From: Candidatus Atabeyarchaeum deiterrae
GTDB lineage: Archaea; Asgardarchaeota; Atabeyarchaeia; Atabeyarchaeales; Atabeyarchaeaceae
Length of the DNA stretch: 64,000 nt
Direction: 5' to 3'
Assembly (NCBI GenBank): GCA_037310415.1
Contig: CP147780.1
Location: forward strand, 2,368,001-2,432,000
The notes below the pieces were generated by a model. The model was not told where the DNA came from, did not search any database, and saw nothing but the letters and a program-made list of their open reading frames with translations. Positions 39,927 to 47,782 of the stretch are shown in pieces. Each line of letters starts with the position of its first letter. Within the stretch, counting starts at the first letter, position 1. The position numbers were made by a program, and so were the translations under genes.

Positions 39927-40559
39927 ATGGTACTGGAAGAAGTGTTGGAATCAGTACGAAACCTGAAGCAGAGTGATGTGCGAAGTCTAGTAGAATCTCG
40001 GCTGAAGGAGTTCGAGCAGAATGGTAGAAGAACAAGCAACGAGATCTTCAAGGAGCTCTGCTTCTGCATACTAGCAGCGAATTTCAATGCTGAAAGAAGC
40101 ATGAAAATCCAAATGCAGATAGGAGATGGATTCCTCTTTTTTCAGAGAGGAATGCTGGCCAGGAAGCTGAGGGCGCTAGGTCACAGATTTCCCAACACAA
40201 GAGCGAAATATATTGTGCAAGCAAGAGAATACAAAGACTCACTGAAGGAGATAATAAGATCCCACGAAAACGAGGATGAGCTGAGAGAATGGTTGGCTGA
40301 GAATGTGATGGGAATCGGCTACAAAGAATCAAGTCACTTTCTCAGAAACATAGGGTACAATGGTCTTGCGATCCTTGATTTCCATATTATAGATATTATG
40401 GTTAGATGTGGACTGATCGATGAACCGAAGACACTAACCAAAAGGAGATACCGCGAAATAGAAGGCATCCTCCGGAAAGTTGCAGAGAGATCTAGTCTGG
40501 AATTGGGTGAACTGGACTTGTATTTGTGGTACATGGAAACCGGGAGGGTCCTGAAATAA
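39927..40559 (+). CDS. ogg: 8-oxoguanine DNA glycosylase/AP lyase (Ogg2 type)
   Basis: ELCFCILAAN, GHRFPNTRAKYI, GIGYKESSHFLRNIG, AILDFHI and ELDLYLWYMETG motifs. Confidence 0.93.
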   Translation: MVLEEVLESVRNLKQSDVRSLVESRLKEFEQNGRRTSNEIFKELCFCILAANFNAERSMKIQMQIGDGFLFFQRGMLARKLRALGHRFPNTRAKYIVQAREYKDSLKEIIRSHENEDELREWLAENVMGIGYKESSHFLRNIGYNGLAILDFHIIDIMVRCGLIDEPKTLTKRRYREIEGILRKVAERSSLELGELDLYLWYMETGRVLK

Positions 40560-40702
40560 AAACACCAGAGATCTGCATTCAATGTTTGTGTTCCACAAGC
40601 TTTTTTTACAACCTATTGATAGAGTCTATCTCAATAGAAATCAGAGAATGAGAAGACGGAATCAAGTGTTAGCGGTTTCCGAGTAAGGAGGTATATCCGA
40701 CA

Positions 40703-41407
40703 ATGGTTGAAGTTCCAATTGACTTCTATGCAGAAATCATCGCATCAATCACACTAGGAGTAGTGTGGCTCGGAATGCTGAGGGCTTACTTTAAGGATCG
40801 TGAAAGAGACAAGCGGACATTGGCTTTATCAACTGGATATGGGTTCTTCTGTTTTGCCATTATTGCAGGATTCGCAGGGATTCTCCTAGTCTTGATGGGC
40901 TATGCACCTGACAGCATGCCATTGTTCATCGAGAGATTTGTTTACGTATTCTCCGCGTTTGCGACGGTGCCATTCACATACTTTGTGGTCAAGCTTTTCT
41001 TTGCCAGAGGAAGGTGGGCAACCTATCTGATGCTTGTTTATGCGATCGTACTTACAGGTGTATATCTGGTCATACCCAGTACGGTGATTTCGATGGCCCC
41101 GGAGGCTCCTACGGTCTGGAACACTGACTTGCTACCAGGCATAGCGTTGTTGTCAATAACATGGGTCGTCTTTATTATGCTAGCGGTTAAATGTTTCCAG
41201 ACTGCCAGAAAAGCAAAAGAGGGTCCTTTGAAGACAAGGTTCAGATTAATAGGTCTTGCAGGAGTTCTTGGGATACTGATCTTCTTCATTAATGCTGTGA
41301 CTGTCTTGGCTCCTCCGACATTAGTGCCCTACGTCTCCGCTTCGTCTTGGAGTACTGCAGCAGTGGCTGGCATAGTATCATACATAGGATGGCTTAGATA
41401 CAAATAG
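40703..41407 (+). CDS. Hypothetical ~7-TM membrane protein
   Basis: SD AAGGAGGT; about seven hydrophobic segments with short basic loops and no soluble domain. Confidence 0.8.
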   Translation: MVEVPIDFYAEIIASITLGVVWLGMLRAYFKDRERDKRTLALSTGYGFFCFAIIAGFAGILLVLMGYAPDSMPLFIERFVYVFSAFATVPFTYFVVKLFFARGRWATYLMLVYAIVLTGVYLVIPSTVISMAPEAPTVWNTDLLPGIALLSITWVVFIMLAVKCFQTARKAKEGPLKTRFRLIGLAGVLGILIFFINAVTVLAPPTLVPYVSASSWSTAAVAGIVSYIGWLRYK

Positions 41408-41454
41408 CGGAAATCTCACTCAATAGCAGAACTAAGTAATCGTCGTACCCTCAC

Positions 41455-41489
41455 AGAGGCAAACGAAAAGCCTCTTCCCCTTATTTTTT
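41455..41489 (+). terminator. Putative terminator between convergent genes
   Basis: AGAGGC-N9-GCCTCT hairpin followed by a pyrimidine/T6 tract. Confidence 0.4.
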
Positions 41490-41495
41490 CGGCGC

Positions 41496-42206
41496 TCATA
41501 TACGCTTCAAGAAGTCTATTGCTTCTTCTTCACCTGTTTTCTTCTCTTCCCGTAGTTCGAGGGATCCACGTTGCGAATATTGATAGATTGTCTCTATGAC
41601 TATCTTAGCTTCCATCTTTGTCTTCTTCGAGATATCTTCGATACTGAATCGCCCTGTGCAAAGTGACAGTATCTTCTTGTCGTCACCTGACGCATTTTTC
41701 AGAGCTGCTCTATCAAGCAATACGGGAGCCATGAATGTTGCAATGCCTGGTGTTTGTCTAGGAGGGAGATGAGCGAGCTCTTCTGCCACAGCAGCGCTGG
41801 ACGCAGGCGCCATCTCTTCGGGTTGGGGAGCCGTTTGTATCTGGGTTCTAACTGGCTGAGTTAGAAGAAGTTCGTCTAGATACGTCCCGTATCTACCCAC
41901 GACTTCTTTCAGCTTGACCAGAACAGTGCCAATTCTCTGAGAGGTCACAACTATTAAGACGGCTCTCTCCGATATTTTTGAAACAACTATTAGCTTACTA
42001 TCTTCGACAGTCAAGGAAAGGTTGTCACCCAGACGCAGTAACATGAAACTCTCAGCAAAAGGGATTATCTTTCCCAAGGACGGTCGGCTGAGATCAGAAT
42101 AGACTTCATTTCTTCCACTGTAAATGGCCATCTCCAGAACGATTGGAACTCCAAGCACAAATAGTGCGTTCCTTATCTGGCCGGCCAGTTTGTCGATACT
42201 ACTCAC
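41496..42206 (-). CDS. Roadblock/longin-like domain + linker + C-terminal wHTH protein
   Basis: IVVSKISERAVLIVVTSQRIGTVLVKLKEVV resembles a roadblock C-terminal beta/alpha unit; P/A-rich linker; ILSLCTGRFSIEDISKKT...QRGSL wHTH. Confidence 0.6.
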   Translation of the reverse strand: MSSIDKLAGQIRNALFVLGVPIVLEMAIYSGRNEVYSDLSRPSLGKIIPFAESFMLLRLGDNLSLTVEDSKLIVVSKISERAVLIVVTSQRIGTVLVKLKEVVGRYGTYLDELLLTQPVRTQIQTAPQPEEMAPASSAAVAEELAHLPPRQTPGIATFMAPVLLDRAALKNASGDDKKILSLCTGRFSIEDISKKTKMEAKIVIETIYQYSQRGSLELREEKKTGEEEAIDFLKRI

Positions 42207-42454
42207 TAGGGTGCACGCCTCGACAGCGTTGTGTCTGATGATTGAATATGATTATGTTCTATTTAACATTTCTTCAACTGTACGAAAAGTCATTAAGCAA
42301 TCAGTGCCTTCTCGAGTAGTAGACTCAAACCGCTTTCGGAGGCTAGGCTACGAACAAAACGCGAAAGATGAGTAAAAACTAAATAGTATTATCGGGACAA
42401 AGGGATATACGGTAAAAGTGCTGGAAACCGCAACTTGTTCCTTGTATTAGGGAA

Positions 42455-42592
42455 GCCGCCGTAGCTCAGCCGGCAGAGCGCCAGCCACAGAGGCGAAACA
42501 TGGTGTTTTGCCTCCAACTGGAATCGTATTTGCAGACTTGGGTCAGACGGGCAAGTTGGTGGTCGCGAGTTCAAGTCTCGCCGGCGGCTCCA
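42455..42592 (+). tRNA. tRNA-Thr(CGT) with two BHB introns (42487-42523 at 32/33; 42529-42553 at 37/38), CCA encoded
   Basis: Acceptor GCCGCCG/CGGCGGC + T73 + CCA; D stem GCTC/GAGC; anticodon stem CCAGC/GTTGG; T arm GCGAG-TTCAAGT-CTCGC. Removing both introns gives the loop C-T-CGT-A-A. Confidence 0.9.
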
Positions 42593-42743
42593 AGACCTCC
42601 CAGCAAGTGGACGATTGCAGCGTCAATGCCGTGAAAGGCGATCGTCAATGTCTCAACTTCTGACTCGTCCGCATTGGCAATGAAGAACGAGTCTGAAAAC
42701 TTATCTGAAAAAAGGAGAAGGTTCAACGAAGTAATTGCGTGTT

Positions 42744-43556
42744 CTATTTGAGTTTATTATGAGAGAGTGCTATGCCTCTGCCTGTGTCGATCTCCAATGG
42801 CATCATGTCTATGTAATGCGCAGTGCCACGCATCTTGCTAATCTCTATTGTTCTTAGTCGTCTAGTTCCTCTTTCGACCATCCGCAATATGATGACTCCA
42901 GTCGAAATAAATTCCTCAACTCCGAAACGTCCAAGCACCTGTGCGCCCCTGCTGATCTCTGATGTCAGTATTGACGTGACGCCGAGCTGCGTTAGGAGTC
43001 TTGAGAGACCGAAGAACTCTCTCCGAGCTTCTATTGGGTCCCTAAAATGAAGACCGATGACTGTGATTGGATCTATTACTATTCTCTTCGCGCCTATCTC
43101 CTTGACTGCCGTCTCGAGATCTCCGTAGAAGTCCTCCATCAAGTACTCACTAAGGTCAAATGGTTTCACTCTGGTCGGAACCTGTTTGGACAAATTCAGA
43201 GGGTACGAAATGGACGCATCTATGAACCTGAGCTTGTCTTCACCCATTATTCGCCCAAGGTCCCACTTGAATTGAGCCATGTTTTGGAAGACTGCATGAG
43301 GCGGTTCCTCAAACGTAACATAGACTCCTGGCTCATTGTACATGGAAGCGCCTTTGTAAAGAAACTGCATGCCAAACGTTGTTTTTCCTGATCCTGGTTC
43401 ACCAGCTACGAGAACTTGGCTGCCGAAGGGTATTCCCCCGCACAGAACCTCGTCTAACCCGTCTATGCCACTCTTTATTCTCTGAGTAACTGCACCTTCC
43501 CGTTCACCCTTGTTGGAACTCGAACCAAACTCTGAAGATTTTGGAATAGACCTCAA
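42744..43556 (-). CDS. KaiC/RAD55-like RecA-superfamily ATPase (single domain)
   Basis: SGIDGLD..LCGG, GEPGSGKT, TFEE, RIVIDPI and KMRGT motifs; the real start is probably GTG at VTQRIK. Confidence 0.9.
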   Translation of the reverse strand: MRSIPKSSEFGSSSNKGEREGAVTQRIKSGIDGLDEVLCGGIPFGSQVLVAGEPGSGKTTFGMQFLYKGASMYNEPGVYVTFEEPPHAVFQNMAQFKWDLGRIMGEDKLRFIDASISYPLNLSKQVPTRVKPFDLSEYLMEDFYGDLETAVKEIGAKRIVIDPITVIGLHFRDPIEARREFFGLSRLLTQLGVTSILTSEISRGAQVLGRFGVEEFISTGVIILRMVERGTRRLRTIEISKMRGTAHYIDMMPLEIDTGRGIALSHNKLK

Positions 43557-44023
43557 CCCCTCGAAATTTATGAGCTAAGGCTCTCTGCCACTATTCAATC
43601 ATAACAGAGGAATAGGCATTTTTCTTGTGAGGAGCTCTTAATACTGCCTTATTTATGTCTCCCCTAGGTAGTTTGCTATACTACATTAGCCTGCAGAATA
43701 TTATATGTGTTGTGTGCGTTCAGCGATACGCCGTTTATCGATCCCCTTTTGTCTTCTGAATGAGAATGTCCAAGCTCAGGTAACTGAGGGTTTCTCCTGC
43801 GATTTTCCAAATATCGAGAAAGAATCACCCGCCCTTACGCACTTGCGAAGATCGTAAGCGAAACTAAACATTTAAGAAACACTTCTAACAAGAGACTTTA
43901 CAAGCGAGATGGCCCGAAGAGACTTTTTCGAGGCTATCCGAAATCTGACCCAAGCGGATATATAATAAAATTCGAGTGCGCAGGAGGTAGTCAGATACGT
44001 CTTCAATCCCAGCAGTTATAAAG

Positions 44024-44320
44024 TTGAGTTTTAAGGAAAAAGGCTTCATTGAGGGTTCAACAAGCGCAGATATACTTCTCACCGTTGACGTGCAAGCGAA
44101 GAAAATGTTACTGAGAACAAGCCCGGGCACAAGCTTCATTGATGCAAGAACTGCTGAAAGGCAAGCTAGGGCATTTCCTAAGTCTGGTATCACTCTAAGG
44201 AACGGAACCCGAATAGGTCAAGGATTCGAACTCGTTATCGAGAACGATGTTGCCCCACCTGAGAAATTGCGTCATTCTCCAAGAGAGGTATATGTTGGCG
44301 GTCGCAGAGATGAGCACTGA
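44024..44320 (+). CDS. Hypothetical 98-aa protein, possible divergent single gelsolin-like domain
   Basis: Beta-hairpin ILLTVDVQAKKMLLR followed by SPGTSFIDARTAERQARAF helix mirrors the gelsolin core; TATA-like TATATAATAAA at about 43959. Start codon uncertain. Confidence 0.6.
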   Translation: MSFKEKGFIEGSTSADILLTVDVQAKKMLLRTSPGTSFIDARTAERQARAFPKSGITLRNGTRIGQGFELVIENDVAPPEKLRHSPREVYVGGRRDEH

Positions 44321-44481
44321 AAGACCGGATATATGTCGCTTAGAAGGGTGCCGATGCGAGGCGGGAAGCTGAGACTTGTTACCTAACTAGGTTTCTCCAT
44401 GATTCACCCATTTTCTTGTTGATTCAACTTCTCCAGAGTTCTTCTGCTAGATCGCCTCGTATAGCAGGCTCTTAACCCGCT

Positions 44482-45321
44482 TCATGTTTTTTTGACTTTA
44501 ATTGTATTCTTTACAAAGGTCCCTATGCATTCGTCGACTTCGTCTGGTTTCTCGTGCATAATCATGTGTCCTGCTCCGCTTATCACCTTGAGTTGGGAGT
44601 TTCTGATATTTTTGCGAAGGTATTCGGACCATTTCACCGGGGTGAGTTTATCTTCGTCTCCGACTATAATTAGAGTCGGGAGACCTATCTGGGAGACGTG
44701 TTCCCTTATATCGAAATCATTGCAGGCCTTGAAGTCTGCTATGGCAACTTCTTGCTTGCACTTGACCATCTCGTTTATTCCTTCTTGGATAATAGAACGG
44801 TCGGTCTTCTGGGCGTACGACCATGCTGCAACGCCAGTTCTTATAGCTTGTTTGAAGTTCTTTGATAGTCCTTCGATTATTGCTGGGTTCACGCCGAGCT
44901 TCGCACCTGTACCTATCAACACCAGCGCTTTGACCTTGTCAGGATAGTCCAAAGCGAATCTCATTGAGATTGCACCACCCATTGAGTGCCCCACGAGAAT
45001 CGTCGTGGAAGCGCTAAGCATTGACAAGATAGTATGAATATGGTCAGTATATGATTTTACCGAGACCAACTGGCCTGCGGCAAATGTGGCTGATTCGCCA
45101 TGGCCAGGCAAATCTACTGCCATTGTCTTGCTTAGAGATGATAGGACGGGCATTTGCTTTCTCCAAAGCGTGTGATTGTACGCTGCTCCATGAACTAACA
45201 CTATTGGAGTCTGACCGACTCCTTCACTCTGAATGGAAGTTCTGATGCCTGAAACGATAATAGAATTCAATTCCTCTCTTTCCTCCTTTATTATCTCGGA
45301 AGCTGGTGTCAGCATTTCCAT
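44482..45321 (-). CDS. Alpha/beta-fold hydrolase
   Basis: LVHGA, DLPGHGES, GHSMGG nucleophile elbow, GDEDKLTP and GAGHM motifs. Confidence 0.92.
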   Translation of the reverse strand: MEMLTPASEIIKEEREELNSIIVSGIRTSIQSEGVGQTPIVLVHGAAYNHTLWRKQMPVLSSLSKTMAVDLPGHGESATFAAGQLVSVKSYTDHIHTILSMLSASTTILVGHSMGGAISMRFALDYPDKVKALVLIGTGAKLGVNPAIIEGLSKNFKQAIRTGVAAWSYAQKTDRSIIQEGINEMVKCKQEVAIADFKACNDFDIREHVSQIGLPTLIIVGDEDKLTPVKWSEYLRKNIRNSQLKVISGAGHMIMHEKPDEVDECIGTFVKNTIKVKKT

Positions 45322-45448
45322 CCTTCACTAATATAAAGGTGTTTCATTGCAGATTACGCAATGGGACAAAAACCCATAAAAGTGATGATAGTCATATTAT
45401 TAACAAATTTGTGCACTTTGCAGTTCCTCATGGGGTGTAAAGTACAAT

Positions 45449-46078
45449 ATGTCTCAAAAGATTGGTGATAAGCCAACTGCCACCTCAGGTGGCGTTAAAG
45501 TCTACCACATTGTCAGAGGAAATCTCATTGAAGAAAAGACGATGCAATTCAATGATGGGGACACATACGTCATAGACAACGGCCTAGAAATATACGTTTG
45601 GCTCGGAAAAGATTCGTCTGTCGACGAAGATTTCGCTGGTGCGTGGGCCGCTGAGCAACTCGATCTGTCCAGAAGAGGTGCTCCAAAGGTCACTACTGTC
45701 GATCAGGGGAAGGAGCCCAAGAAACTCTTGGATCTATTAGGACCCAGTTTCAAGGTAGCGCATGGCGGAGTTGAAGGAATGCTTACGAAAGTTGAGCCAA
45801 AAGAAAAAGAGATTGCTCCCACCCTATATTCAGTCGGTGATGACAAGATAACCAAAACTCAGTTGAAGAGGTCCGCACTCAACAGCAGAGAATGCTTTGT
45901 TCTTGAGGCAGCCAAGACTATCTATGTTTGGGAAGGCAAAGACTCTCCCGCTAAGGAGAAATACATGGCTGGCCACTCGGCCCGAGAGTTAAACTCCAAA
46001 CGAAAGTTCATGGTTCCAATAAAAGTGATCCCCGAAGGAGAAGAATCAAAAGACTTTGATAGGCTGTTCGAAAAGTAG
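45449..46078 (+). CDS. Two-domain gelsolin-like actin regulator (Asgard 2DGel type)
   Basis: Two repeats: FNDGDTYVIDNGLEIYVWLGKDSSVDE...VDQGKEP and LNSRECFVLEAAKTIYVWEGKDSPAKEK...EGEESKDF. Confidence 0.92.
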   Translation: MSQKIGDKPTATSGGVKVYHIVRGNLIEEKTMQFNDGDTYVIDNGLEIYVWLGKDSSVDEDFAGAWAAEQLDLSRRGAPKVTTVDQGKEPKKLLDLLGPSFKVAHGGVEGMLTKVEPKEKEIAPTLYSVGDDKITKTQLKRSALNSRECFVLEAAKTIYVWEGKDSPAKEKYMAGHSARELNSKRKFMVPIKVIPEGEESKDFDRLFEK

Positions 46079-46120
46079 GGTAAACAAGATTTCGACGTCG
46101 CGAGCGGTGTGATGGAACTC

Positions 46121-46540
46121 CTACGACTCGCGTTCCACCTTGATTTTTTCTCCAATTCCAACTCTTTTGAAGATCTTTGGATCCCCGATGACTTTTCCGA
46201 AGACGTTCACGGGACTATATGCCATTGGTTTCTCTGTATCGCTGATTGGAGTTGGACCGAAGAAGATGCACATGGATTCTCCAGGAGGCCAATATGCCAC
46301 ATCACCTAGTTCAACGTCTTTTCTGGATTTCTCTTCCTGAACTTTGGCTGGGATCTTGAAATAAATCTCGTCTCCCCATAGTTCGGCCGTGGATTCAAAT
46401 GGTAGGGCTGTCCAAATGGCCTCTGCAGTCTTGGGATTTCTCTCAATCAACTCGACACGAACTTCGCCTGTGGACTTCGCACAGACTCTCATGACTCTGT
46501 TAGCCAAATCTGACCGCATGCCTTTTCTATTGGACAACAC
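46121..46540 (-). CDS. Cyclophilin-like fold protein (TM1367/DUF369)
   Basis: PKTAEAI..ALP, WGDEIYF, GDVAYWPPG..MCIFFGPTP and SPVNVFG motifs. Confidence 0.88.
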   Translation of the reverse strand: MLSNRKGMRSDLANRVMRVCAKSTGEVRVELIERNPKTAEAIWTALPFESTAELWGDEIYFKIPAKVQEEKSRKDVELGDVAYWPPGESMCIFFGPTPISDTEKPMAYSPVNVFGKVIGDPKIFKRVGIGEKIKVERES

Positions 46541-46687
46541 GTGTTCACTCTCCTAGTAGCTGGGATACATTTGCTTGGTCGTAACAATCCCTTTTTGTCT
46601 GATTTTCTCTCATTACCTAACCAGCGAAAATCACGGCACGTTCGCTGCTTTTGAATGTCGTGTTTATTTGCGGCAGGATGCGCTGAG

Positions 46688-47635
46688 TCAGGTCACGAGT
46701 TCTATCCCAGGTAATCTCGCTACCTTCCTCAAGTTCTCCATCGCTTCGTTTGTAGGAGGTTGTAGTCCTTCTAGCGGATACTTTAGGCCCAGTTTCCTGT
46801 ACTTGGGTTCCCCGAGACGATGGTATGGCAAGAGGTCGAGTCTTTCAACGTTGCCAAGCTCTTCGCATAGTTCTGCTATGCCTCTTACATTCTCGATGCT
46901 GTCAGTGTATCCAGGAACTATCGGGGTCCTAATCCACATGCGTTTGCCAAGTTCGGCTATTCTCCGTGCATTCTCCCAGATCAGCTCAGGGGTAACACCT
47001 GTGCATGTCCTGTGCGTTACTGGGTCTATCAACTTGAGATCATATAGCACAAGGTCAGTGTTGTTCAGTATCTTCTCAAGTGAACTCCATTTAGTTTGTC
47101 CACATGTGTCGAGCGCTGTATGAATTCCCATTAGCTTGCACCTAGAGAATAGTCCAGCAACGAATTCCGGCTGCATTGTGGGCTCCCCCCCTGAGGCGGT
47201 CACGCCACCGCCGGATGTTTCATAGAAAACTTGGTCCTTGAACACTTCGCTGAATATCTCATCTATTGTTACTCTCTGCCCGATTATTTCTCTTGCTTTC
47301 GAAGTGCATGCCTTGACGCATTCGCCACAGGAATTGCACTTCTTTCTGTTGGTTATCAGCCCTTCTGGTCTTGCTTCTATGGCTTGTTTAGGGCAAGCCT
47401 CAACACATGAATGGCAGCCTATGCATTTAGTGTCATGCCAGACAAGCTCGGGTTCGGAGCCAATCCCCTCGACATTGTGACACCAGAGACATCGCAGGGG
47501 GCAACCCTTCATGAAGACGGTAGTTCTAATGCCTGGGCCATCTTCAGTAGAGAACCTTTGAATATTGAAGATAATGCCAGTGATTCTTGTCGACACTGCA
47601 AAACCACCGAATGTGATTTCTCTGCATCCTTTCAA
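46688..47635 (-). CDS. Glycyl-radical enzyme activating protein (radical SAM with ferredoxin insert)
   Basis: DGPGIRTTVFMKGCPLRCLWCHN, two CxxCxxCxxxC motifs, GGGVTASGGEP and LLPYHRLG. Confidence 0.92.
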   Translation of the reverse strand: MKGCREITFGGFAVSTRITGIIFNIQRFSTEDGPGIRTTVFMKGCPLRCLWCHNVEGIGSEPELVWHDTKCIGCHSCVEACPKQAIEARPEGLITNRKKCNSCGECVKACTSKAREIIGQRVTIDEIFSEVFKDQVFYETSGGGVTASGGEPTMQPEFVAGLFSRCKLMGIHTALDTCGQTKWSSLEKILNNTDLVLYDLKLIDPVTHRTCTGVTPELIWENARRIAELGKRMWIRTPIVPGYTDSIENVRGIAELCEELGNVERLDLLPYHRLGEPKYRKLGLKYPLEGLQPPTNEAMENLRKVARLPGIELVT

Positions 47636-47782
47636 GAGGAAGAATGTGTATTCTTTCTTTTATAATGATGCTCGTTAACTGTCACACTCAGATCAGGAAT
47701 CCTAAGCACCATATGTCTCAGAATTCATAAGCATGTTAATCACATTTGAGAAGGCACACCGAAGAGAAAAAGAGTGGGAGGT

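Noticed and set aside
42455-42592. tRNA-Trp or tRNA-Met with a single long intron (CCA/CAT triplets occur in the insert)
   Set aside because: Neither gives a proper 7-nt loop with U33. The two-intron model gives CT-CGT-AA, valid BHB-type motifs, and agrees with the GCC acceptor start and U73 typical of archaeal tRNA-Thr.
42570-43600. Integrated element at the tRNA 3' end
   Set aside because: No integrase and no convincing duplicated att site seen; the 11-nt match near 58691 lies inside trpS and is probably chance.
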